Below are positions 8,287 to 16,989 of a stretch of DNA of 64,000 nt, in pieces (within the stretch, counting starts at the first letter, position 1; each line of letters opens with the position of its first letter). Source of the stretch: an uncultured Verrucomicrobiae bacterium (GTDB taxonomy: Bacteria; Verrucomicrobiota; Verrucomicrobiia; Limisphaerales; UBA11358). Below the pieces are notes generated by a model. The model worked only from the letters and a program-made list of their open reading frames with translations. It was not told the origin of the DNA and did no database searches. The stretch spans positions 43,663 to 107,662 of the forward strand of contig CAWHAH010000016.1 in the NCBI GenBank assembly GCA_963827205.1, in the 5' to 3' direction. Made by a program: the position numbers and the translations under genes.

Positions 8287-8541
8287 ATGAACGACGCTCC
8301 CGCTGCCAACAACTTACGTCGGCGCTGGCTCAACCGCACGGTGCTCGGCACCGGGCTGGCCTCGTTGTTCAGCGACTGGTCGCACGAAATCGCCACGGCA
8401 GTTTTGCCGACATTTTTGGCGACGATGGGGGTGGCTGCGCTCGAACAAATGCTGGCGCAAACACAATCCAACGCGCCACGATTGCGTCAAATCATTGCGG
8501 ACTTGGAAAACGGCGCGCCCGCGGCCATCATCTCGCCGTGA
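8287..8541 (+). CDS. Short ORF whose first ~50 aa resemble an MFS-transporter N-terminus; possibly a gene remnant
   Basis: NRTVLGTGLASLFSDWSHEIATAVLPTFLATMGVAA looks like MFS TM1-TM2, after which the similarity stops. GTGA overlap with the next gene. Confidence 0.3.
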   Translation: MNDAPAANNLRRRWLNRTVLGTGLASLFSDWSHEIATAVLPTFLATMGVAALEQMLAQTQSNAPRLRQIIADLENGAPAAIISP

Positions 8542-9033
8542 ACGAGTTGTTCAATCAAATCACGTCGCTGCTGAATGGCGGCGAAAACCAGGAAGTTGTT
8601 TTGGAACAGGCGCTTCGCATGGTACTTGAACATTTTCATTCGGAAACCGGTACGATTCATCTGCTCGACCGCGAGAAACAATTGCTGCATCTGGCAGCAC
8701 AAGTTGGTTTGCCACCGCAAATGCTCGAGGTCGTCAAAACCATTCCCGTTGGCAAAGGCATCGCCGGACAAGTCATTGCGCAAGGCCGGCCCGTAACGAT
8801 TTGCAATTTGCAGACAGACACCAGCGGCGTGGCCAGGCCCGGCGCGAAGCAAACCGGCGTCGGCGGTGCGCTTTGCGTGCCGGTGCGCAGTGGCGACACA
8901 ATTGTCGGCGACCATCGGCGTCGGTACCACTCGTCCGTACGAATACACACCGGACGAAACACGGCAGTTGGAGGAGATTGGCCGAATCATTGGCACGCGC
9001 TTGAGCGGAATCCGCCCGGCCACTTCATCATAA
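8538..9033 (+). CDS. GAF-domain protein with an apparent 1-nt frameshift near 8910
   Basis: The GAF-like sequence runs to ...SGDTIVG. The typical continuation TIGVGTTRPYEYTPDETRQLEEIGRIIGTRL then appears in the +1 frame and ends at the TAA at 9031-9033. Confidence 0.6.
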
Positions 9034-9109
9034 TTTTTCGCAGCAGGCATCAGCGGGCGGTAAAATTAAATTGTCCCCTGCTCTCTTTCACGGCAATCTG
9101 TGCGTTGCT

Positions 9110-10435
9110 ATGCAGCAGGTGAACCTCGGAATGATTGGCGGCGGCACCGTGGGCAGCGGCGTGTTTCACGCCCTTCAGCTCAACGGTGAGCTCATGGCTT
9201 CCCGCATCGGCGTCAAGGTCGCCATCCGCAAAGTTGCGGCGAAGGCGTTCGACGAACCGCGTCCGTATCCCATTCCGCGTTCCCTGCTGACGACCGACTG
9301 GCAAAGTGTCGTCAACGATCCAAACATGCACATCGTCGCCGAACTGGTCGGCGGCACCACCATTGCCCGGACGATGATTCTCACCGCGCTCAAGCTGGGC
9401 AAGCCGGTCATCACGGCAAACAAGGCCCTGCTTTCGGCGCACGGCGAGGAGTTGTTCGCCGCGGCCAAAAAATACGGCACGAACCTTTATTACGAGGCCA
9501 GCGTTTGCGGCGGCATTCCCATCATCAAATCGCTGCGCGAAGGTTTTGTCGGCAACCGCATCAACGCCCTTTACGGCATCGTCAACGGCACCTGCAATTA
9601 CATCCTCACCCGGATGAAGCTTGAAGGCGCGGATTTTGCCGCCGTGCTCGCCGACGCGCAAAAGCACGGCTACGCCGAAACGCCGCCGGATCTCGACATT
9701 GACGGCTTCGATTCGCAACACAAAATCGGCATCCTGGCCTCGCTCGCGCACGGTTTCTGGGTGAACCCGAAGGAAATTCACGTCGAAGGCATCCGCCACA
9801 TTTCGGCAATGGACATCAAATTCGCCAGCGAACTTGGTTACACGATTAAACTGTTGGGCATTGTTAAAAAGGCGGAAGGCGAAAAGCGGAAAGCGGAAAA
9901 CTGTCGCGTTCAGGTGTCGGTTTATCCGACGCTGATTCCGAATGCGCACGTCCTGGCCAGCGTGAACCACGTTTACAACGCCATGTTTGTGCGTGGTGAC
10001 ATCGTCGGCGACACGCTCTTTTATGGACGCGGCGCGGGCAAGGACGCCACCGCCAGCGCCGTCCTGAGCGATCTGGCGGACGCGGCGCTTGATTTGAAAT
10101 TCAACACGAAACATCGCGTGCCGCCGTTTGTGCCGCACGAATGCGCCGGCGCGGTTGTGCCGATTGAAGATGTGGTTTCCCAGTATTTTGTCCGGCTCAA
10201 CGTGGTTGACCGTCCGGGCGTTCTGGCAAAAATCGCGGCCATTTTCGGGCAATCAAAAATCGGCATTTCGTCCGTCATCCAGCCCGAAGGCCACGAAGGC
10301 GCGAGTGTGCCGCTGATTTTCATGCTGCACTATGCCACCAACGGCGCGGTGGCCGGCGCGTTGAAGAAAATCGGCAAACTGCCGGTCGTCAAAGGCAAGC
10401 CGGTGATGATTCGCGTGGAAAATTTTGAAGGCTAA
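9110..10435 (+). CDS. hom: Homoserine dehydrogenase
   Basis: N-terminal NAD-binding motif GMIGGGTVGSGV, a conserved catalytic region, and a C-terminal ACT domain. Confidence 0.9.
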   Translation: MQQVNLGMIGGGTVGSGVFHALQLNGELMASRIGVKVAIRKVAAKAFDEPRPYPIPRSLLTTDWQSVVNDPNMHIVAELVGGTTIARTMILTALKLGKPVITANKALLSAHGEELFAAAKKYGTNLYYEASVCGGIPIIKSLREGFVGNRINALYGIVNGTCNYILTRMKLEGADFAAVLADAQKHGYAETPPDLDIDGFDSQHKIGILASLAHGFWVNPKEIHVEGIRHISAMDIKFASELGYTIKLLGIVKKAEGEKRKAENCRVQVSVYPTLIPNAHVLASVNHVYNAMFVRGDIVGDTLFYGRGAGKDATASAVLSDLADAALDLKFNTKHRVPPFVPHECAGAVVPIEDVVSQYFVRLNVVDRPGVLAKIAAIFGQSKIGISSVIQPEGHEGASVPLIFMLHYATNGAVAGALKKIGKLPVVKGKPVMIRVENFEG

Positions 10436-10474
10436 TACCCACGTGGCGGCGTAATTTCCAATGGCTTTAAATAA

Positions 10475-10503
10475 TTGACAAGCCGCATTAAAGGCGCTAT
10501 AAA
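10475..10503 (+). promoter_or_regulatory. Sigma70-like promoter for the toxin-antitoxin pair; the transcript may be leaderless
   Basis: TTGACA (10475-10480), a 17-nt spacer, then TATAAA (10498-10503). The ATG at 10510 lies 7 nt after the -10 element. Confidence 0.4.
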
Positions 10504-10509
10504 GCCGAT

Positions 10510-10788
10510 ATGACGACGCTAACCATTACCAAAGCACGGGCCAACCTTTCCAAATTGCTGGAAAAAGCCAAGCGGGGCGAGGACATCGGCATTGTGGCCG
10601 GCGACCAGATTGTGGCGCTGCGTCCCGTGGCGGTGTCGTCCGATGATTACGCGTGGCGCGAATACGGCGCGACGCCGGCGGAACTGGCGCGTTTTGCGAA
10701 ACGGATGGAACAACAAATTTCAGCGGAGCGGAAGCGCGGAAAAATCAAACGCTTTTCCGGCAATCTGGAAAAGGACCTGGCTGATTGA
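10510..10788 (+). CDS. Type II antitoxin (Phd/YefM-like)
   Basis: N-terminus TITKARANLSKLLEKA is typical of Phd/YefM. 4-nt overlap with the downstream toxin gene. Confidence 0.7.
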   Translation: MTTLTITKARANLSKLLEKAKRGEDIGIVAGDQIVALRPVAVSSDDYAWREYGATPAELARFAKRMEQQISAERKRGKIKRFSGNLEKDLAD

Positions 10789-11063
10789 AACCGCTGGATT
10801 TAAGCGGGCCGTTCCGCGCACGCGTCCGGGATTATCCCAAGGAGACGCGTGGGAAAATCGGGCTGGCATTGCAACATTTGGAACGGGATTTCGGCCATCC
10901 GCACCGTCATCGGGGTTTGGGCATTCGCAAGCTGACGGGGAATTTTTTTGAAATCCGGCTGGGGCTGGACATCCGGCTGCTTTTCCAAAATCGCGCCGAG
11001 TGCCTTTGGTTTGTGATGGCCGGTAATCACGACGAAGTGCAAAAGTTTCTGCGCGGACTTTGA
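10785..11063 (+). CDS. Type II toxin, RelE/ParE superfamily
   Basis: 92 aa. The TTG start overlaps the antitoxin stop (TTGA). Contains the RelE-like motif ...FEIRLGLDIRLLF... Confidence 0.65.
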   Translation: MKPLDLSGPFRARVRDYPKETRGKIGLALQHLERDFGHPHRHRGLGIRKLTGNFFEIRLGLDIRLLFQNRAECLWFVMAGNHDEVQKFLRGL

Positions 11064-11339
11064 ATCGTTGCGGCATTGGAAGAAGTTGAACGTCTCTCTC
11101 TCCCTTTCAGGGCTTGAATTGTTTTTGCTTTTACCCAGGGCGTCGCTCTTGCTCCCGCCTTCGCACGCTACGGCGCGGCCAGCGCTTTGCCTTGGGCTAT
11201 TTTCTGTCAGCCTTACCGGCTTTCAATTTGTGTGAATTCGTGAAATTCGTGTCAAAACTTTCGCAGCTTTCGCCCGGAATCAATTCCGTCTTTTCAAACT
11301 CCGGCAATCTGACTATGCTCTGGTTCCCGAAAATTTAAC

Positions 11340-12557
11340 ATGGCTTTAATTGTTCAAAAATACGGCGGCACTTCGGTGGGCAACACTGAGCGCATTAAAA
11401 ACGTCGCGGCGCGCGTGGCCCAATATCGCGCCAAGGGCGACCAGATCGTCGTCGTCGTCTCGGCCATGAGCGGGGTGACGGATGGTTTGATCAAGCTGGC
11501 CAAGGAAATCATGCCGCTGCCGAACGAACGCGAAATGGACGTGCTCCTGGCCACCGGCGAACAGCAAACCATCGCGCTTACGGCGATTGCCCTGCACGCG
11601 CGCAACGTTTCCGCGGTTTCGCTGACCGGCGCGCAGGCGGGCATTGTCACCGACGGCGTTCACACCAAGGCGAAGATCCACAACATCACGCCGAAAAAAG
11701 TTCACGAGCTTTTGAAGCTGGGTAACGTTGTCATCGTCGCCGGTTTCCAGGGCGAAACGCCCGAAGGCCAGATCACGACGCTGGGCCGCGGCGGTTCGGA
11801 TTTGACCGCCATCGCGCTGGCCGCCGCGCTCAAGGCCGACCTTTGCCAGATTTACACGGACGTGGACGGCGTCTATACGGCTGACCCGCGCATCGTGCCG
11901 GACGCGAAGAAGCTTCCGGAAATTTCCTACGATGAAATGCTCGAACTCGCGAGCCTCGGCGCCAAAGTGATGCAGAGCCGTTCGGTTGAATTTGCCAAAA
12001 AATTTGGAGTCGTTTTTGAAGTCCGCTCAAGCTTGAATGACAACCCCGGAACCATTGTGAAAGAAGAAACCAAAAGCATGGAAGACGTCGTCGTGCGCGG
12101 CGTTTCGCTCGACAAAAACCAGGCCAAAATCACGCTCGTCGGTGTCCCCGACAAGCCCGGCGTGGCCGCGAAAATTTTCAAGGCGCTCGGCGACGCGACC
12201 GTGAACGTGGACATGATCGTTCAAAACATCAGCCATGGCAGCGGCGCGCCCGCGACCGACCTTTCGTTCACCACCGACAAACCGGATTTGCTCAAGGCGC
12301 AAAAGGTTATTGACGGTTTGAAAAAGGAACTCGGTTTCCGCAACGTCATTGCCACGGAAAAAATCGGGAAGCTGTCCATCGTCGGTGTCGGCATGAAAAG
12401 CCACACGGGCGTGGCCGGGAAATTGTTTGAAACGCTGGCCAGGGAAGGCGTGAACATTGACATGATTTCGACCAGCGAAATCAAAATCTCCGTCGTGATT
12501 GATCTGGCCAAAGGCGAAGCGGCGATGAAAGCCGTCCACGCGGCGTTCATTGGCTGA
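11340..12557 (+). CDS. lysC: Aspartate kinase
   Basis: MALIVQKYGGTSVG N-terminus, with two ACT domains at the C-terminus. Confidence 0.95.
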   Translation: MALIVQKYGGTSVGNTERIKNVAARVAQYRAKGDQIVVVVSAMSGVTDGLIKLAKEIMPLPNEREMDVLLATGEQQTIALTAIALHARNVSAVSLTGAQAGIVTDGVHTKAKIHNITPKKVHELLKLGNVVIVAGFQGETPEGQITTLGRGGSDLTAIALAAALKADLCQIYTDVDGVYTADPRIVPDAKKLPEISYDEMLELASLGAKVMQSRSVEFAKKFGVVFEVRSSLNDNPGTIVKEETKSMEDVVVRGVSLDKNQAKITLVGVPDKPGVAAKIFKALGDATVNVDMIVQNISHGSGAPATDLSFTTDKPDLLKAQKVIDGLKKELGFRNVIATEKIGKLSIVGVGMKSHTGVAGKLFETLAREGVNIDMISTSEIKISVVIDLAKGEAAMKAVHAAFIG

Positions 12558-12599
12558 TGCCGCCGCATTCGGCCCTCCCGCCAGCCGCCGTGAGGAGAC

Positions 12600-13118
12600 A
12601 TGAAAAGATGCGAATACTGCGGAAAGCGATATGCCGACGATGTCGTGGTTTGTCCGGTTGACGGGCAGCCGGTCACAAATCAGGAGGAAAAACAAAGAAA
12701 GTTCGCGGCCCAATCTGAAGCCACCGGAACCGCATTCAATGTCAAACTGGTTTCTCCCATCTCGTCCGCCGGCAAATACCGGATTTTTGTTGAGCGGAGC
12801 GACCTGCTTTTCATCCAGATTGAGGGCGGATCAAGATCCATTTTGGCAGCGGCAGCTCCGTTCCTCGGTCCGGTAGGCAATCTAATTCCGCTGACCCTGT
12901 GGCTGTTTGGCAAAAGAAAAACCAAAGCGAAACTTCAACGTCTTGAAACCGGTAACCCGGAGGAATTGCTTCGCGAAGGCGAAAACAATTTCAAGTTGAA
13001 CCTGGCTGAAATTCGCGACGCCACAATCGAAGCTCCGGCCATGTTTCATGGCCAGTGGCAAAGCCGGGCGGCTGAATCTTTTGGTGCGGCACGGAGAGAA
13101 AATCAAGTGCGAGTTTGA
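12600..13118 (+). CDS. N-terminal Zn-ribbon protein; probably continues into the 13048-13239 ORF after a frameshift
   Basis: CEYCGKRYADDVVVCPVDG zinc ribbon. The ORF tail after ...IEAPAMF looks non-native. Confidence 0.5.
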   Translation: MKRCEYCGKRYADDVVVCPVDGQPVTNQEEKQRKFAAQSEATGTAFNVKLVSPISSAGKYRIFVERSDLLFIQIEGGSRSILAAAAPFLGPVGNLIPLTLWLFGKRKTKAKLQRLETGNPEELLREGENNFKLNLAEIRDATIEAPAMFHGQWQSRAAESFGAARRENQVRV

Positions 13119-13239
13119 TGATGTCGCAGAAATGGCCAAGGCCATTCATCTGCTCGCCCCGTTGTTGAATTCGACTCTGAAAGTGAATGTGGAATGGAAT
13201 GAAGAAAAGCGGCGATACGAAAAGAAAAAAACCGTTTGA
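13048..13239 (+). CDS. Probable C-terminal part of the 12600 gene, in a different frame
   Basis: GKAGRLNLLVRHGEKIKCEFDDVAEMAKAIHLL reads as a natural continuation of ...DATIEAPAMF. The two ORFs overlap by 71 nt. Confidence 0.45.
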   Translation: MASGKAGRLNLLVRHGEKIKCEFDDVAEMAKAIHLLAPLLNSTLKVNVEWNEEKRRYEKKKTV

Positions 13240-13350
13240 CCCTCCGAAGATGACTCACTGCTTGGGCACGTGAACCGCAACTTGAACCTCATACTGATGT
13301 GCAATCAAACTGCGACTAAAGCCCGGGCCGACATCAAATATTCTGGTAAC

Positions 13351-13420
13351 GCGCCCCCTCGCCCCATCCCTCTCCCCCGTTGGCAACGGGGGGAGGGTGC
13401 CCACAGGGCGGGTGAGGAGG
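13351..13420. repeat. REP-like GC-rich hairpin element
   Basis: ccctctcccccg-ttggcaa-cggggggaggg plus flanking gggtgaggagg. The same family appears in the miaB insert at 49397-49503. Confidence 0.6.
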
Positions 13421-13560
13421 TGCGTTTGTTGGTTTGTAGTATTTTGAACGCAATTCAGGATCAATCGGCTGCCGAACAACGCGCGGCTGCGGGGCCGCGC
13501 GGCGTTTGTCGTTTGAGTCGAGCGCCAGGGAATTACTCGCCGCTTCGTCAGATTGAGTTT

Positions 13561-15897
13561 TTAATCGGAAAGCGCAACGCCTTCCATGCCGGTTCCCTTG
13601 GCTTGCCCTTTCCGCCGGTTGCGGTACCAGGCGAAGAGGCACCCTGCAAAGGTTGTTGCCGAAATCACCGCGCCCATCCCAAAAGCGGCGTCTTGATACA
13701 CCACGGTAACCTGATGCCGTCCTTCCGGCACTGCGAGGGCCTGGAAGGCATAGTTAGCCCGCCACAACGGCACGCGCGTCCCGTCCACGTACGCGTGCCA
13801 GCAATGATAATACGATTGGGCCACAACCACCATGGCCGGCTGGTCGGACTCGCTTTCAAATTCAATCCGTTGCGCGGTGAACCGGTGCACCTCGAGTCTC
13901 GCGTGTGCTGGCTCCGCCATATTGATTTTGGATTTCGCTTCCGGCGGGAGGTAAACCATGCGCCGCGAATCAAAATCCGGCGCGAACACTGCCCGCAGAG
14001 CTTCGTCGTCGCTGGCGAATACCGGCCGCTGGCCCGCGGTTATCAGCGGGAGATAATTCGTGCGCGTTTCCCAGTTCAGGACATTGGTCGAAGCATTGAC
14101 GTGTGAGACGCCGAGGAACGCTTCCACCTGTGGATACGCGCCGCTGTCCACGGCGTAGAGCACCGAGTTGAACCGGTTGGCCTCGTGCAGGTGCAGCGGG
14201 AAGTAGCCGGTGACCTTCGGGATGCCGTCAATCAGATTGCATTCGCAGTAAAGCCCTCGGCGGCGGGACAAGACATCTTCGATGGCGTTCGTCGGGGCAA
14301 ACTCGTGCAACGCCAATTCGGCGGCCGGGCTGGTCATCGCGCGGGTGGCACCGATTTTGGGTTGCGGCGATAATTGCAGCAGCCCCGGCCGGTAAACCCA
14401 GCGCGGCACTGTCGGGTTCTGGCGCGGCACCTGCGTCAGCAAATCGAGCCAGACGGCCAGCAGCAATCCCAATCGTAGCAGCCCCTGCCGGCGGACCGGT
14501 GCGGTATTTCCGGCCCACCAGAGCAAGCCGCCGGCGAGGACGAGAAATCCCAGCCGGCTCAAACCGTTTTCCAGTGTTTCCGGCCACCGATTGAACGGAT
14601 AATTGTACTGCGGGTAACGTTGGGCAAACCACAAAATCAAACCGATCAGCCCCGCCAGAAAAACCCATAACATCGCCAGCCGCCGCCAATGCCCCGACCG
14701 CTCCACCGCCGTGGCCGACAGCGTGCGAGCCACGCCGAACCCGGCCAACAGCGGCAGCAGAAACGTGGGGAGCAGCACAAACTTTACTGGATAGCGCATG
14801 AATCCGAAAACCGGAAACGCTTCGCGCGCCCAGCGGTACAAGCAGTTGTGTTCCCCCATCGCAAACATCAGGCTCACCAAACACACCGCGCCCAGAAACC
14901 AGATTCGAAGTCGCCGTCCGAGCCAGACCGCCGCGACGGCCAGCGCCAGCACGCCGATGCCGGGGTAATACGAGGAAGTACAGTACTGGTCGTATTGAAA
15001 GAAAACGCCATGCGTCCATTCAAAACTGAAAAAGAGCGGCACCAGCAGGTTCGCCCAGCCCGTGCCTGGCATGCTCCACTGTTCACCCTGGCCGAACCCG
15101 GTGTCGCGCTGCGAGTGTTTCAGAAAATCCAGGAACGGCAGCAGTTGGATTGCAGCCAAAGCGCCGATCAAAACGGCAATTGCCGCAAACCGCAGGAGGC
15201 CTCGCATCCGCGGCATACTGCCCCGAACCCATTGTCCCAAGTGGAGAGCGATCAGCAACAGCCACGTCAACAGGATCAACTCCGGCACGCCGGCCAGCAT
15301 CTGTAACGTTCCCACCAGGACTGCCGCGAAAATGTTTCGCAGGCCGCCATCACGCCAGGCGCGCTCCGCCAGCAGGACCACCCACGGCATCCAGCCCAAG
15401 GTTGCGCAATAGTTGGGCCATTGAATGTCGTTGATCGTCATTCCATTGAAGGCAAGCGCCACGCCGGCCAGGGCGCCTGCAAACCGGCTGCCCGTCCATC
15501 GCCGGGCGAGAAAATACATTCCGAGGCCGGCAATGAAAATGTGCCCCAGGCAAAACACTCCCAGCGACCAGGACAATGGAAAGAGCAGATAGAACAACGA
15601 CAATGGATACAGTGTGATCGTGGACCATTCGGCGAGAAAAGGGTTGCCACAGTTGTTCAGCGGATTCCAAAGCGGCAATTGGCCATGCCAGAAACAATCA
15701 CGCTGATATTGTGCCCAGGGATAACCCAGGATGGCGAAGTCCCGGTAAAAAAAAGTGCTCAGACCGGTGATCACCTCCGGGTAGGCGGCGAAGAGCAGAA
15801 GGAACAAAATCAGAGCGAACCGCCCTGGCCCGAACCAGGAATCCGCGGTTTCCGGTGCGAGCAACCGCGGCTTCGCTGCGGGAGCGTTGCCAATCAC
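13561..15897 (-). CDS. Large polytopic membrane protein, YfhO-like glycosylation-associated family
   Basis: 778 aa with many TM segments and an N-terminal motif resembling YfhO (YPWAQYQRDCFWHGQLPLWNP). Divergent from a GtrB/CsbB-like GT2 gene. Confidence 0.6.
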   Translation of the reverse strand: MIGNAPAAKPRLLAPETADSWFGPGRFALILFLLLFAAYPEVITGLSTFFYRDFAILGYPWAQYQRDCFWHGQLPLWNPLNNCGNPFLAEWSTITLYPLSLFYLLFPLSWSLGVFCLGHIFIAGLGMYFLARRWTGSRFAGALAGVALAFNGMTINDIQWPNYCATLGWMPWVVLLAERAWRDGGLRNIFAAVLVGTLQMLAGVPELILLTWLLLIALHLGQWVRGSMPRMRGLLRFAAIAVLIGALAAIQLLPFLDFLKHSQRDTGFGQGEQWSMPGTGWANLLVPLFFSFEWTHGVFFQYDQYCTSSYYPGIGVLALAVAAVWLGRRLRIWFLGAVCLVSLMFAMGEHNCLYRWAREAFPVFGFMRYPVKFVLLPTFLLPLLAGFGVARTLSATAVERSGHWRRLAMLWVFLAGLIGLILWFAQRYPQYNYPFNRWPETLENGLSRLGFLVLAGGLLWWAGNTAPVRRQGLLRLGLLLAVWLDLLTQVPRQNPTVPRWVYRPGLLQLSPQPKIGATRAMTSPAAELALHEFAPTNAIEDVLSRRRGLYCECNLIDGIPKVTGYFPLHLHEANRFNSVLYAVDSGAYPQVEAFLGVSHVNASTNVLNWETRTNYLPLITAGQRPVFASDDEALRAVFAPDFDSRRMVYLPPEAKSKINMAEPAHARLEVHRFTAQRIEFESESDQPAMVVVAQSYYHCWHAYVDGTRVPLWRANYAFQALAVPEGRHQVTVVYQDAAFGMGAVISATTFAGCLFAWYRNRRKGQAKGTGMEGVALSD

Positions 15898-16010
15898 GGG
15901 TGTGGTTTATCAAAAGCTGCGGTCCAACCAAGCCAAAATTGCGAACGACCCGTGCAACCGCGCGCCTTTTTCCTTGTCCACGGTAGATCGTCCTTTTATA
16001 AAACGGCTCC

Positions 16011-16988
16011 ATGGCGAGCGCAAACCAACTACTCTGCATCGTGACCCCCTGTTATAACGAAGCGGAGATGATCGAGCTTTTCTATCAGACGATCAAACCC
16101 GTGTTGAACGGTTTGCCGGACCTGGACCACCAGATCATTTTCGTGGACGACGGCAGCAACGACGGCTCGCTCAAGTTGCTCAATCAATTGGCGCAACGCG
16201 ATCCCTGCGTGCGGGTTTATGCGTTGTCGCGGAATTTCGGCCATCAAACCGCCCTGACTGCCGGGTTGGACGCGGTGCAGGGCGACGCCGTGATCATGAT
16301 GGATCTCGACCTGCAGCATCCGCCGGCGTTGATTCCGGAGATGACGGGCCTGTGGCGGCAGGGCAATGACATCGTTTCAGCCGTTCGTACGCACACGACC
16401 GATGCGGCGTGGTTGAAGCGCGTCGCCTCGGATGGCTTCTATCGCCTGGTCAATCTGCTTAGTGACACGCAAATCATCCCGGGCGCGGCCGATTTTTGCC
16501 TGCTCTCCCGTCCCGCTTACGAGGCACTGCGCCAGTTCCCGGAGCGCCATCGCTTTTTGCGGGGATTGGTGTCCTGGATCGGTTTTCAACGCGCCTTCGT
16601 GCAGTACAAAGCTCCGCGCCGGGCGGCGGGTCATACGAAGTACACCCTCGCCAGGATGTTCAAGCTCGCGGTCAATGCCACACTGTCGTTTTCGAGCACA
16701 CCCGTCCGGCTGGCCGTCAAATTCGGTCTCGCCACGATCTTTATCAGCCTGCTCTATCTGGTTTACATCGTGATCTGTCTCTTTACCAACAAAGAACTGG
16801 TGCCGGGCTGGACTTCCATCATTTTCCTCACGACGTTTCTGGGCGGAGTGCAACTGGCGTTCATCGGCTTGCTCGGCGAATATATCGCGCGCATTTTTGA
16901 AGAGGTGAAACGCCGCCCGCTTTACGTGCTGAAACAAAAGCCGCCGCCGGCCGGACCTGGAGCGCCTGCCGCGGCGCGCAGCCGTTGA
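16011..16988 (+). CDS. Family 2 glycosyltransferase, GtrB/CsbB-like polyprenol-phosphate sugar transferase
   Basis: Motifs seen: CIVTPCYNE, FVDDGSNDGS and DLDLQHPP, with two C-terminal TM helices. Confidence 0.85.
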   Translation: MASANQLLCIVTPCYNEAEMIELFYQTIKPVLNGLPDLDHQIIFVDDGSNDGSLKLLNQLAQRDPCVRVYALSRNFGHQTALTAGLDAVQGDAVIMMDLDLQHPPALIPEMTGLWRQGNDIVSAVRTHTTDAAWLKRVASDGFYRLVNLLSDTQIIPGAADFCLLSRPAYEALRQFPERHRFLRGLVSWIGFQRAFVQYKAPRRAAGHTKYTLARMFKLAVNATLSFSSTPVRLAVKFGLATIFISLLYLVYIVICLFTNKELVPGWTSIIFLTTFLGGVQLAFIGLLGEYIARIFEEVKRRPLYVLKQKPPPAGPGAPAAARSR

Positions 16989-16989
16989 A

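Noticed and set aside
11064-11339. Possible lysine riboswitch or other leader upstream of lysC
   Set aside because: I see no L-box-like conserved segments. Much of the spacer is a REP-like element (…gccttgggctattttctgtcagcc…). A role as an unrecognised leader cannot be excluded.
13270-14106. 278-aa plus-strand ORF
   Set aside because: It starts inside REP-like sequence and then runs antisense to the YfhO-like membrane protein gene. There is no supporting motif.
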